From a virus, in the IMG/VR virus record IMGVR_UViG_3300037963_003542: a stretch of 64,000 bases of DNA; one strand, written 5' to 3'. The notes under the pieces are model-generated. The model saw nothing but the letters and a program-made list of their open reading frames with translations. It searched no databases and was not told the origin of the DNA. Each line of letters begins with the position of its first letter. Within the stretch, counting starts at the first letter, position 1. This document shows, one piece after another, positions 19,258-28,447 of this stretch. The position numbers and the translations under genes are program-made.

Positions 19258-19854
19258 ATGGCAAACTTAACTTCATTTAAAAGTAAGATTGGTTATGGTA
19301 TCCGCCCTAATCTGTTTATGGTTCAAGTAACAGATTTAGAGGATAATATCGGTGACAAAACAGAGATCAATGGATCTGATGCTGATTTCACATTCCTCTG
19401 CCGTTCCGCTGGTATTCCTGCCAGCACAATCGGAACGGTAGAAGTTCCTTTCAGAGGTAGAGTCATCAAACTTCCTGGTGACCGCACCTTTGAATCCTGG
19501 ACTATCACAGTCATGGCTGATGAAAGCATGACAGTCAGAGGATTCTTTGAGAAGTGGATGGAAAAACTGAATAAGCATGAGAATGGTGCAGGTTATACCA
19601 CAAAATTTGCCTCCACTCTGAAAGTTTCTCAGATGCAACGCGGAACTTCTACCTCTGATGCTCTTAAGGATCCACATAGCATTGTAAGATCCTATGAGTT
19701 CTTCAATGCTTTCCCAACCAACATTGCTCAGATTGATCTGTCATATGACAACAACAATACCATTGCTGAGTACACTGTTGAGTTCCAGTATGACTGGTGG
19801 GAAGCTAAGAAAGCAGATAGTACTGTTGAGATCGGTGCAACTGCCACTATCTGA
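19258..19854 (+). CDS. gp19: Tail tube protein gp19
   Basis: RPNLF...FRGRVIKLPGDRTFESWTIT...AFPTNIAQIDLSYD...EYTVEFQYDWW. Late promoter at 19229-19235. Confidence 0.95.
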   Translation: MANLTSFKSKIGYGIRPNLFMVQVTDLEDNIGDKTEINGSDADFTFLCRSAGIPASTIGTVEVPFRGRVIKLPGDRTFESWTITVMADESMTVRGFFEKWMEKLNKHENGAGYTTKFASTLKVSQMQRGTSTSDALKDPHSIVRSYEFFNAFPTNIAQIDLSYDNNNTIAEYTVEFQYDWWEAKKADSTVEIGATATI

Positions 19855-19895
19855 CATGGATAAATAACTACAGTAAACGTAGTTAACCTTATACA

Positions 19896-21530
19896 ATGGC
19901 GGAGTTATTTGGGTTTTCCCTTGATAAAGGAAACCAAAAGAAAAAGAAGCAGCAGGGGTTAATCTCCCCTGTTGCTCCTAATAATGACGACGGGACCGTA
20001 ACAATCTCTGCTGGAGGTTATTACGGTCAATATGTTGATATGGAGGGTGTCTCCAGAAACGAGTTTGAGCAGATCCGAAAGTATCGCGAAGTCTCATTAC
20101 ACCCTGAAGTTGACTCCGCAATTGATGAAGTAGTCAACGAAGCAATCGTTGCAGATGGTGATGACTCACCAGTAGAAATCGAACTCTCTAATCTTGAGCA
20201 GAGCGAGTCAATCAAGAAGAGAATCAGAGAAGAATTTAACGAGATCAAACGCTTACTGCAGTTTGATAAAAAGTGCTACCATATTTTCAGACGTTGGTAT
20301 ATTGACGGAAGACTTTATTATCATAAGGTAATTGATGTAAACAAACCTACTGAAGGCATTAAAGAACTTCGCTACATTGATCCACTGAAGGTCAAGAAAA
20401 TGCGTGAGGTTAAAAAGAAACCTGCAGCAGGTGGTGGAGATAAAACTAAAATTTTAAACTACGGTGATGTAAACGAATACTATCTCTACAATCCCAAAGG
20501 AGTATTCAATCATAAAGCAGCGGTCAGTCTTGCAGGGAACGATCAACTTGGTGTGAAGATTGCACCCGATGCGATCACGTTCTGCACGTCAGGACTGATG
20601 GACATGAATCAAAATCTGCCATTGTCCTATCTGCATAAGGCACTGAAAGCAGTTAACCAACTGAGAATGATTGAAGATTCTCTGGTTATCTACAGAATGT
20701 CCCGCGCACCAGAACGTAGAATTTTCTACATTGACGTTGGTAATCTTCCAAAGGTCAAGGCAGAACAATATCTGCGTGAGGTCATGTCTCGCTATAGAAA
20801 TAAACTGGTATATGATGCCAGCACTGGTGAGATTCGTGACGACAAAAAGTTCATGAGTATGCTGGAAGATTTCTGGTTACCTCGCCGCGAAGGTGGTAGA
20901 GGCACAGAGATCACTACACTTCCTGGTGCTCAGAATCTTGGAGAACTGAAGGACGTTGAATACTTCCTGAAGAAACTCTACAAATCGCTAAACCTCCCAC
21001 CATCTCGCGTGGGCGAGGAAAAGGGATTTAGTCTTGGACGCTCCAATGAGATCCTGCGTGATGAACTTAAGTTTATCAAGTTCGTCGGCAGACTCCGCAA
21101 GCAGTTCTCGCATCTCTTTAATGATATGTTGAAGACCCAGTTAATCCTCAAAGGTGTCATCACTACAGATGACTGGGAATTAATGGAGCAGCATATTCAG
21201 TATGACTATCTGTTTGATAACCATTTCACTGAACTCAAAGAGATTGAGATGATCGGTGAGAGATTAAACCTCGTAGAAAGAATGCAACCTTTCATGGGAG
21301 TTTACTACTCTAATGATCATATCAAGCGTCAGATCCTACAGCAAAAAGAATCCGAGATTGAAGAGATCCGCATTCAAATTGAGAAGGAGAAGAAGTCTGG
21401 TGAACTTATGGATACTCCAGTCATGCCAGTGGAAGATCCCAATGCTCCAGTTCCACCAGCAGGCGGTCCAGTTGATACATCAACGAAACCTCCTATGAAA
21501 GCGCAGACTTCTAAAGAGCTTGAAAACTAA
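19896..21530 (+). CDS. gp20: Portal protein gp20
   Basis: LSYLHKALKAVNQLRMIEDSLVIYRMSRAPERRIFYIDVGNLPK...EDFWLPRREGGRGTEITTLPG. Confidence 0.98.
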   Translation: MAELFGFSLDKGNQKKKKQQGLISPVAPNNDDGTVTISAGGYYGQYVDMEGVSRNEFEQIRKYREVSLHPEVDSAIDEVVNEAIVADGDDSPVEIELSNLEQSESIKKRIREEFNEIKRLLQFDKKCYHIFRRWYIDGRLYYHKVIDVNKPTEGIKELRYIDPLKVKKMREVKKKPAAGGGDKTKILNYGDVNEYYLYNPKGVFNHKAAVSLAGNDQLGVKIAPDAITFCTSGLMDMNQNLPLSYLHKALKAVNQLRMIEDSLVIYRMSRAPERRIFYIDVGNLPKVKAEQYLREVMSRYRNKLVYDASTGEIRDDKKFMSMLEDFWLPRREGGRGTEITTLPGAQNLGELKDVEYFLKKLYKSLNLPPSRVGEEKGFSLGRSNEILRDELKFIKFVGRLRKQFSHLFNDMLKTQLILKGVITTDDWELMEQHIQYDYLFDNHFTELKEIEMIGERLNLVERMQPFMGVYYSNDHIKRQILQQKESEIEEIRIQIEKEKKSGELMDTPVMPVEDPNAPVPPAGGPVDTSTKPPMKAQTSKELEN

Positions 21531-21556
21531 ATAATATTATAAATTAATTTACTATC

Positions 21557-21823
21557 ATGACTGTTACTAAAGAATTGATTGACAAAATTGTCAATGGAGA
21601 GAACTCCGTTGCATCTGATGAAGTGATTGACCTTCTTTATGCAAAAGCATCTGAAGCATTAGATTCCTATAAAAAGGAATATGCTGGACAACTTATGAAT
21701 CCCACAACCGAAGGAGAACCTGAAGTTGGCGAGGGTGATCCTAACATTGATGCTCCGCAACCAGAAGGTTCCGCAGAACAACAGATTGAAGAACCCACCA
21801 CCGAACCCGAAGAAGAACAATGA
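21557..21823 (+). CDS. Prohead core protein (gp67-like)
   Basis: Small acidic ORF between gp20 and gp21, the T4 gp67/68 position. Confidence 0.65.
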   Translation: MTVTKELIDKIVNGENSVASDEVIDLLYAKASEALDSYKKEYAGQLMNPTTEGEPEVGEGDPNIDAPQPEGSAEQQIEEPTTEPEEEQ

Positions 21824-22464
21824 AACTTATCGTAGAGCACATTGAAGATATTGAACTTCTCACTGAAGAGAAGGATGGAAAAGAGTATACATATATTCAG
21901 GGAGTATTTTTGCAGGGCGATATCAAAAATCGCAATGGGAGAGTATATCCAATGCCTGTTCTTCAGCGCGAAGTAACTAACTACAACGAAAATTTCGTTC
22001 AAAAGTCCCGTGCTCTGGGTGAACTCGGTCATCCTGATGGTCCTACCATCAACCTTGATCGTGTTTCACATAAGATTGTAGAACTTTATCAAGATGGTTC
22101 TAACTATGTTGGTAAGGCAAAACTTCTTGAAACCCCTATGGGTCAAATTGCAAAGAACCTTCTCCGTGAAGGTGTGCAACTTGGAGTTTCCTCTAGAGGT
22201 GTAGGTAGTCTTGAATCCAAAGGTGGATCAAATTATGTCAGAGATGACTTTATGCTTACAACTGCTGCTGATATTGTTGCTGATCCTTCTGCCCCTGATG
22301 CCTTCGTCAACGGAATCATGGAAGGAAAAGAATGGGTTTGGAACAATGGAGCATTTAAAGAAGCTGAACTCCAGCAAGCAAAAGAAGATTTAGAGAGAGT
22401 ATCACGCGGAGCACTTGAGGGTAAAATCCTTGAGAGCTTTGAGAAACTGCTCTCTAACTTATAA
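21820..22464 (+). CDS. gp21: Prohead protease gp21
   Basis: NRNGRVYP...ALGELGHP...LGVSSRGVGS...DIVADPSAPDA. Confidence 0.96.
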   Translation: MKLIVEHIEDIELLTEEKDGKEYTYIQGVFLQGDIKNRNGRVYPMPVLQREVTNYNENFVQKSRALGELGHPDGPTINLDRVSHKIVELYQDGSNYVGKAKLLETPMGQIAKNLLREGVQLGVSSRGVGSLESKGGSNYVRDDFMLTTAADIVADPSAPDAFVNGIMEGKEWVWNNGAFKEAELQQAKEDLERVSRGALEGKILESFEKLLSNL

Positions 22465-22515
22465 TTTTAATAAATAAGTAATAGAAAAACTAAGGTCCTT
22501 TAGGGGTTATTTTAA

Positions 22516-23601
22516 ATGGCTAATTCGTTAAACGAGAAATTTGAAGATTTCGTATCAGAAAATGTTGATGCGGAAACTGTTACAGAAATGAACAACGCTG
22601 TCACTGCTGGCGCTGCTCCAGCTGAAGGTTCACATCTTCCTGCCGCTACTGGTGCTGATGTTGCTGTTGCCAATGTTGAACCAATGGCTGCAGGATCATC
22701 CGCTGAGTACTCAGGTAAGTTTGAGAACTCTGGTGCTAAGGCTGCTGCTCCAGTTAAAAAGTCTAAGACTGCAGTTAACTCGGGCGAAGGCAAGCAAGAT
22801 CCTATGCCTAAATTAGAAGGTGGCAAGGATATGGCTGGCAAGAAAGTTAGCCGTGGTGGCGGGGACGCAATGCCTAAACTTGCTAAGGAAGAAATTGATG
22901 TTACTGATGACATCAATGCTCTCGTCAATGGCGAGGATCTTTCTGAAGAGTTTAAAGAAAAGGCAACAACAATTTTCAGCGCCGCTGTTTCTTCTAAAAT
23001 TGATGAAGAAACCAAGCGTCTGGAAGAAAGCTATGCTGCTCAGTTGAATGAGCAAATTGACGTGATCAAGGAGGAAATGTCATCTAAGGTTGACTCCTTC
23101 TTGAACTATATTGTAGAACAATGGATTAATGATAACAAGCTCGCAATCAACGAAGGTATTCGCACCGAGATTGCTGAGTCCTTTATGTCTGCTCTTAAGG
23201 GAGTGTTCACCGAACACTACATGGATATTCCAGAAGAGAAGTACGATATGGTTGAGGGGATGAGCGAAAAACTAGATGAAATGGAGTCAAAACTCAACGA
23301 ACAAATTGACAAGAATGTTGAATTAAATTCTGCTCTGGGAGAATTCGTCAAAGAATCTATCGTTGCCGAAGTATCTCAGGGTCTCGCTGATACTCAGAAA
23401 GAAAAACTTTCCTCCCTTGCTGAGGGTGTAGAGTTTGTTTCCGAAGAGTCATTCAAAGAGAAGATTGAAACCATCAAGGAAAACTATTTCCCTAAGACTT
23501 CAATCAATGAGAGCGTAGAAGAATCTGAGCCCGTTGCCGAGAAGGTAATCCCTGCTGGCATGGAGCAATATGTTTCCGCAATCTCACGCTACAATAAGTG
23601 A
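22516..23601 (+). CDS. gp22: Prohead scaffolding protein gp22
   Basis: Acidic coiled coil LSEEFKEKATTIF...YIVEQW...GIRTEIAESF...KIETIKENYF, between gp21 and gp23. Confidence 0.93.
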   Translation: MANSLNEKFEDFVSENVDAETVTEMNNAVTAGAAPAEGSHLPAATGADVAVANVEPMAAGSSAEYSGKFENSGAKAAAPVKKSKTAVNSGEGKQDPMPKLEGGKDMAGKKVSRGGGDAMPKLAKEEIDVTDDINALVNGEDLSEEFKEKATTIFSAAVSSKIDEETKRLEESYAAQLNEQIDVIKEEMSSKVDSFLNYIVEQWINDNKLAINEGIRTEIAESFMSALKGVFTEHYMDIPEEKYDMVEGMSEKLDEMESKLNEQIDKNVELNSALGEFVKESIVAEVSQGLADTQKEKLSSLAEGVEFVSEESFKEKIETIKENYFPKTSINESVEESEPVAEKVIPAGMEQYVSAISRYNK

Positions 23602-23608
23602 TCTAAAT

Positions 23609-23616
23609 TATAAATA
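23609..23616 (+). promoter_or_regulatory. T4-type late promoter TATAAATA for gp23
   Basis: Exact consensus. AAGGAG RBS precedes gp23. Confidence 0.85.
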
Positions 23617-23658
23617 AGTTATAGTTCACAAACATTAAATTTTTCCAAGGAGAACCAA

Positions 23659-25011
23659 ATGTTCAATACCGAACAACTCCAGGAGAAGTGGGCACCTGTT
23701 TTGACACACGGCGATCTCCCCGAGATCAAAGATAGTTACAAGAAGGCTGTCACCACTCAACTTCTGGAAAACCAAGAGAAATTCCTCCGCGAGGAGAGAA
23801 TGCTGACCGAAGCGCCTACTAACGCTGGTCCTATCAATACACCTACCACAGGTAGTGGAAACGTAGCAGGTTTTGACCCCGTACTGATCTCACTGATCCG
23901 TCGCTCAATGCCTAACCTGATCGCCTATGACATCTGCGGCGTTCAACCAATGAACGGTCCTACTGGACTGATCTTCGCGATGCGTTCACGCACCGAATCT
24001 CAGACTGGTGACGAGACCTTCTACAACGAAGTTAACTCTGCTTTCTCTGGTACTGCTTACAACTCCAGCAACTCTGCTGGTGGTACTGCTCCTACTGGAT
24101 CCAACCCTGCCGTTCTTAACGACAGCGGCACCTATGGTTCCTCAGGTGGCATGGCAACAGGTACTGCTGAATCTCTGGGTGAAGCCGCTACCAGCGTATT
24201 CCCAGAAATGGCATTCAGCATCGAGAAGATTGCTGTTACCGCTAAGAGCCGCGCTCTGAAAGCTGAGTACAGCATCGAACTCGCACAAGACCTGAAGGCA
24301 ATTCATGGTCTGGATGCTGAGACTGAACTCGCCAACATCCTCTCTGCTGAGATCCTCACTGAAATCAACAGAGAAGTCGTTCGTACCGTATTCCGTTCCG
24401 CTAAGGCTGGTGCCCAGCAGAACGTTGCTACTCAAGGTACGTTTGACATGGACGTTGATTCCAACGGACGTTGGAGCGTTGAGAAGTTCAAGGGTCTCCT
24501 CTTCCAGATTGAGCGTGAAATGAACGCCATCGCAAAAGAGACTCGTAGAGGGAAGGGCAACATGCTCGTCTGCTCTTCAGACGTTGCTTCTGCCCTGTCA
24601 ATGGCTGGCGTCCTTGACTACAACCCTGCTCTCAACACAGGTCTGAACGTTGATGACACTGGCAGCACCTTCGTTGGTACGCTGAACGGTCGCATCCGCG
24701 TTTACATCGATCCTTATTCGGCACTGCCTTCTGAGGGTAACAACGCTGCTCAGTTCTTCATCGCTGGTTATAAGGGTACTTCCCCTTATGATGCTGGTCT
24801 GTTCTATTGCCCATATGTACCTCTGCAGATGGTACGCGCAATCGGACCTGACACCTTCCAGCCCAAGATCGGATTTAAGACCCGCTACGGCATGGTTCTT
24901 AATCCATTCGCTAAGGGTTCTACTGCCCTCTCCGATTCCGATCCAGTCGCTGCTGGTAACGTCAACACCAACGTCTACTACAGACGTGTCCGTGTTACCA
25001 ACCTCATGTGA
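23659..25011 (+). CDS. gp23: Major capsid protein gp23
   Basis: EKWAPVL...DPVLISLIRRSMPNLIAYDICGVQPMNGPTGLIFAMRS...FQPKIGFKTRYG. Confidence 0.98.
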   Translation: MFNTEQLQEKWAPVLTHGDLPEIKDSYKKAVTTQLLENQEKFLREERMLTEAPTNAGPINTPTTGSGNVAGFDPVLISLIRRSMPNLIAYDICGVQPMNGPTGLIFAMRSRTESQTGDETFYNEVNSAFSGTAYNSSNSAGGTAPTGSNPAVLNDSGTYGSSGGMATGTAESLGEAATSVFPEMAFSIEKIAVTAKSRALKAEYSIELAQDLKAIHGLDAETELANILSAEILTEINREVVRTVFRSAKAGAQQNVATQGTFDMDVDSNGRWSVEKFKGLLFQIEREMNAIAKETRRGKGNMLVCSSDVASALSMAGVLDYNPALNTGLNVDDTGSTFVGTLNGRIRVYIDPYSALPSEGNNAAQFFIAGYKGTSPYDAGLFYCPYVPLQMVRAIGPDTFQPKIGFKTRYGMVLNPFAKGSTALSDSDPVAAGNVNTNVYYRRVRVTNLM

Positions 25012-25032
25012 TCCAATTCACACAGGTTACAC

Positions 25033-25060
25033 AGACCTCCCTTACGGGGGGTCTTTTTTT
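25033..25060 (+). terminator. Intrinsic terminator after gp23
   Basis: AGACCTCCC-TTAC-GGGGGGTCT plus T-tract. Confidence 0.88.
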
Positions 25061-25106
25061 ATGTACATTTTTTTATTTACATTGAGTTTAGTAAAAAAGC
25101 AATAAA

Positions 25107-25142
25107 TGTATTAGAAGTTACATAAAGTTTACTAGATAGTAT
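25107..25142 (+). promoter_or_regulatory. Putative NtcA box (TGTA-N8-TACA) with adjacent -10 TAGTAT
   Basis: TGTATTAGAAGTTACA at 25107-25122 and TAGTAT at 25137-25142, in an intergenic region. Confidence 0.45.
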
Positions 25143-25219
25143 AGAGTTATGCGAGGTGAAGAAATGAACCCATGCCCTCCTTGTACATCATGTAGCAACA
25201 ATTGTATGGAGGTGACCAA

Positions 25220-25393
25220 ATGCACAATCTATTATCACGCGCTCAATTAGATGAGTGGCGACATTTTGAAGACACAGTTGATGAACTTGAGATAGAAAAT
25301 CAGAAATTAAATGATTACTACGAATGTCTAATTGAGTGTGATTCCTTGGACCAGAACCAATGTAAACGCATATGCCGAAGAATTCTAATGTAG
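25220..25393 (+). CDS. Small cyanobacterial/cyanophage-type protein (YYECLIEC motif)
   Basis: ATG at 25220 with GGAGGT RBS. MHNLLSRAQLDEWRHF...YYECLIECD...CKRICR. Own terminator follows. Confidence 0.75.
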   Translation: MHNLLSRAQLDEWRHFEDTVDELEIENQKLNDYYECLIECDSLDQNQCKRICRRILM

Positions 25394-25399
25394 CTACAT

Positions 25400-25422
25400 G
25401 ACCCCGAAAGGGGTCTTTTTTT
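25400..25422 (+). terminator. Intrinsic terminator
   Basis: GACCCC-GAAA-GGGGTC plus T-tract. Confidence 0.88.
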
Positions 25423-25450
25423 ATCTAAATATCTAAAAAGTATTATAACA

Positions 25451-25966
25451 ATGACCCAGGCAAATTGGTTAGAAAATAAGATTGATAATCTTAACTACCT
25501 GGCACCACAAGGTTTTAAATTATCAATTGAAAAATTTCCTAAGGTAGCATATCTTTGTCAATCAGCAAACATTCCTGGTGTAAGAATTCCTGACATCAGT
25601 GTTGCTACTCCTTTTAGAGATATTCCTATTGCTGGAACTGAGACAGAATACGAAGATCTTACCGTAAGATTTTTGATTGATGAGAACATGGAAAACTATG
25701 TCTCAATTCATAAATGGATTGTGAAGACTGGTCTTGCAGAAAGATATGACACTGACAAAGATCCTGAAGAGGGATGGGTTTCATTAGAAATTTTAAACAG
25801 TAACTTTAATTCTAATATTCAGATTGAGTTTGAAAATGCATGGCCTACTGCATTAACACCAGTAGCATTTGATGCTACTGAAACGGGAGTTCAATACCTC
25901 ACCGCAACTGCCACCTTTAAATACAGCATATATAGAATTAAGTATAATGGAGAAGTGATTAGTTAA
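25451..25966 (+). CDS. gp3: Tail tube terminator/completion protein (gp3-like)
   Basis: NYLAPQGFK...FxCQSANIPG...YEDLTVRFLIDENMENY...F.NAWPTAL...ATATFKY, just upstream of uvsY. Confidence 0.75.
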   Translation: MTQANWLENKIDNLNYLAPQGFKLSIEKFPKVAYLCQSANIPGVRIPDISVATPFRDIPIAGTETEYEDLTVRFLIDENMENYVSIHKWIVKTGLAERYDTDKDPEEGWVSLEILNSNFNSNIQIEFENAWPTALTPVAFDATETGVQYLTATATFKYSIYRIKYNGEVIS

Positions 25967-26394
25967 TGACATTTGAAGAGATTCAGGCGATGTGGGAACA
26001 GGACTCAAAGATTGATCCTGTTGAACTTGATACCGCTGCACTTAGCATTCCCACACTACATTCAAAATATTTAAAAATCTTTTCTGACTACAAATTTAAA
26101 AAGAAACTAGCAGTACTAGATCTTAAACAACTTAACAGACGCAAGTTTGAATACTATGCGGGACGAGGATCCGTAGAAGATTATAAAGAAGAACCTTTTG
26201 ATCTCAAGGTTCTTAAATCAGATCTGCCAATGTATATTGAGTCTGATTCTCAGGTCAAAGAACTGCAGATGAAGATTGATATGTATGACATCATCATTGA
26301 ATACCTGGAAAGTGTAATCAGGATGATCAACAATCGCTCATACCAGATCAAGAATGCGATTGAATGGAAATCATTTATTGAAGGAATTAAGTAA
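25966..26394 (+). CDS. uvsY: Recombination mediator UvsY
   Basis: IPTLHSKYL...EYYAG...YLESVIRMINNRSYQIKNAIEW. Confidence 0.92.
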   Translation: MTFEEIQAMWEQDSKIDPVELDTAALSIPTLHSKYLKIFSDYKFKKKLAVLDLKQLNRRKFEYYAGRGSVEDYKEEPFDLKVLKSDLPMYIESDSQVKELQMKIDMYDIIIEYLESVIRMINNRSYQIKNAIEWKSFIEGIK

Positions 26395-27866
26395 TGTCAG
26401 ACATTATCATTAGAAAGAAGAACGAAGTATACCTGCTAATTGATTGCGAACCACATATTAAATATGAACTCTCAGAGTATTTCACCTTTGAAGTACCCGA
26501 TGCAAAGTTCATGCCACAATACAAGAAAAAGTATTGGGACGGTAAAATCAGATTGTTCTCCCCTGCTAATGGTGAACTGTATATCGGTCTGCTGCACTAT
26601 CTGATTGAGTGGGCAGAGGAACGAGACTATACTTATTCCTATGAAGACAATGAGTTCTATGGCAAGGTTGTAGAGAAAGATCCTTACATTTTGCCAGCGA
26701 CTGTAAAAGAATATCTGGACTACCTTACAGAAGGTACTCAGATTAAACCTAGAGACTATCAGTATAACGCAGTATATAAAGCACTGAAGAACTATAGAAA
26801 GATTATCTTGTCACCTACAGGGTCTGGCAAATCTTTCATGATCTATTCTCTGGTCAGATACTTCACTGCTGCACAACTTAAGACACTGATTATTGTTCCT
26901 AGTATCTCACTGGTGACACAGTTGTTTAAGGACTTCCAAGACTATGGTTGGAACGCAGAAGACTATTGCCACCAGATCTATCAAGGTGAAGCGAAAGTTT
27001 CTGATGCTCCTGTAGTCATCACGACATGGCAGTCAATCTACAAACTGCCCAAAAAGTATTTTGATTCTTACACTGCGGTGATCGGAGACGAGTGCCATAC
27101 GTTTAAGGCAAAGTCTTTGACAAGTATTATGACGAAACTCCATGAAGCAAAATATCGCATCGGATTTACAGGTACACTGGACGGAACGAAAACTCACCGT
27201 CTGGTTCTTGAAGGTTTGTTCGGATTATCTGATAGGGTTACTAGTACTGCTGACCTTATGAAGCGTGATCAACTCACGCAACTGAAAATTAAGATCCTGG
27301 CACTCAAGCATGAATCGTATAAGTTTGCGAACTATCAAGATGAGATGGAATACATTGTCACTCATGGTAAGCGTAACACATTCATCAAAAATCTAGTAAG
27401 TGATCTGAAAGGAAATACTCTGGTGCTATTCAACTATGTGGAGAAGCACGGCGAACCCCTTTTTGATTTGATAAATAACAGCATAGGGGATACTAAAAAA
27501 GTATTCTTCGTTCATGGTGGTGTGGAAGCATCTGAACGAGAGGAAATTAGAAGACTAGCAGAAGTAAATGATAACTGTGTTATCATCGCATCATACGGAA
27601 CCTTTTCCACAGGTATTAACATTAAGAATCTCCACAATATTATTTTTGCTTCACCAAGCAAATCAAGGATTAGGAATCTACAATCTATTGGTAGGGTCCT
27701 TAGAAAAGGAGATAACAAAGCTCAAGCAGTGCTGTATGACATTGCTGATGATTTTTCTAGAGGGAGTTATATTAACTATACACTCAATCATCTTAAAGAA
27801 CGAATCAAAGTCTATAACGAAGAGCAATTTAATTATGAAATTATCCCAGTAAACATTAAAAAATGA
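26394..27866 (+). CDS. uvsW: DNA helicase UvsW
   Basis: SPTGSGKS, GDECH, GFTGT, STGINIKNLH and QSIGRVLR SF2 motifs. Confidence 0.96.
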   Translation: MSDIIIRKKNEVYLLIDCEPHIKYELSEYFTFEVPDAKFMPQYKKKYWDGKIRLFSPANGELYIGLLHYLIEWAEERDYTYSYEDNEFYGKVVEKDPYILPATVKEYLDYLTEGTQIKPRDYQYNAVYKALKNYRKIILSPTGSGKSFMIYSLVRYFTAAQLKTLIIVPSISLVTQLFKDFQDYGWNAEDYCHQIYQGEAKVSDAPVVITTWQSIYKLPKKYFDSYTAVIGDECHTFKAKSLTSIMTKLHEAKYRIGFTGTLDGTKTHRLVLEGLFGLSDRVTSTADLMKRDQLTQLKIKILALKHESYKFANYQDEMEYIVTHGKRNTFIKNLVSDLKGNTLVLFNYVEKHGEPLFDLINNSIGDTKKVFFVHGGVEASEREEIRRLAEVNDNCVIIASYGTFSTGINIKNLHNIIFASPSKSRIRNLQSIGRVLRKGDNKAQAVLYDIADDFSRGSYINYTLNHLKERIKVYNEEQFNYEIIPVNIKK

Positions 27867-28270
27867 ACGATAAATTCTTCGCCACAATCAAGTTGATGAC
27901 TGGAGAAGAAATTGTTGGACTAGTTGAAGTTCATGAAGAGGGTCTTGTAATACAGAACCCTCTCATATTGGAGGACATGAGTGACCTACAAGATTTATTA
28001 GGTGACGATATTAAAGTATCAGGATTAAGATTATCTAAATGGATTAAATCAACTACGGACAACATTTTCTTTATAACAGATACAAAGATAGTAACAGTCA
28101 ATGAACTGTTAGAACCAGGATTAACTCATTACAAAAAAGCAGTTACACAAATCAACGAAACATTTAAGAAAAAAATTTCTAAAGCAGAAGACAAAAAAAA
28201 GTACAACGGATACAGAGCATCAGTAGAACATGCTAGAGAATTCTTTGAAGATCTATTCAATAGTTATTGA
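27863..28270 (+). CDS. Sm-like domain protein
   Basis: FATIKLMTGEEIVGLV...NPL...LSKW motif. Conserved position after uvsW. Confidence 0.55.
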   Translation: MNDKFFATIKLMTGEEIVGLVEVHEEGLVIQNPLILEDMSDLQDLLGDDIKVSGLRLSKWIKSTTDNIFFITDTKIVTVNELLEPGLTHYKKAVTQINETFKKKISKAEDKKKYNGYRASVEHAREFFEDLFNSY

Positions 28271-28272
28271 TG

Positions 28273-28307
28273 TACGCATCTGCGATGCGTATTGATCTGC
28301 GATCAAT
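28273..28307. repeat. Tandem pair of perfect inverted repeats sharing ATC-TGC-GAT core
   Basis: TACGCATC-TGC-GATGCGTA and ATTGATC-TGC-GATCAAT, cores 17 bp apart. Confidence 0.9.
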
Positions 28308-28364
28308 TACTATGTTATTATTAAATATATAAAGCTATTGTTTCTCTTGAACCCTTACAGAGTT

Positions 28365-28393
28365 ATTCTACACATGGAATCCACTCTTGTCAA
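28365..28393 (-). promoter_or_regulatory. sigma70-type promoter firing leftward (no downstream ORF)
   Basis: TTGACA-17 bp-TAGAAT with TG extension, on the minus strand. Confidence 0.7.
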
Positions 28394-28414
28394 GCTTTTA
28401 ATCTGTGTTATAAT
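28387..28414 (+). promoter_or_regulatory. sigma70-type promoter for gp55
   Basis: TTGTCA-16 bp-TATAAT with extended TG. Confidence 0.75.
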
Positions 28415-28447
28415 GTAAGTACAATAATCTAAGGAAGATGAAAGACA

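Noticed and set aside
22512-23015. 167-aa antisense ORF in gp22 and similar long shadow ORFs (4155..4583, 36240..36683, 52564..53058, 49101..49508)
   Set aside because: They are antisense to well-supported genes, which is expected from their codon bias. They have no RBS, promoter or recognisable motifs.
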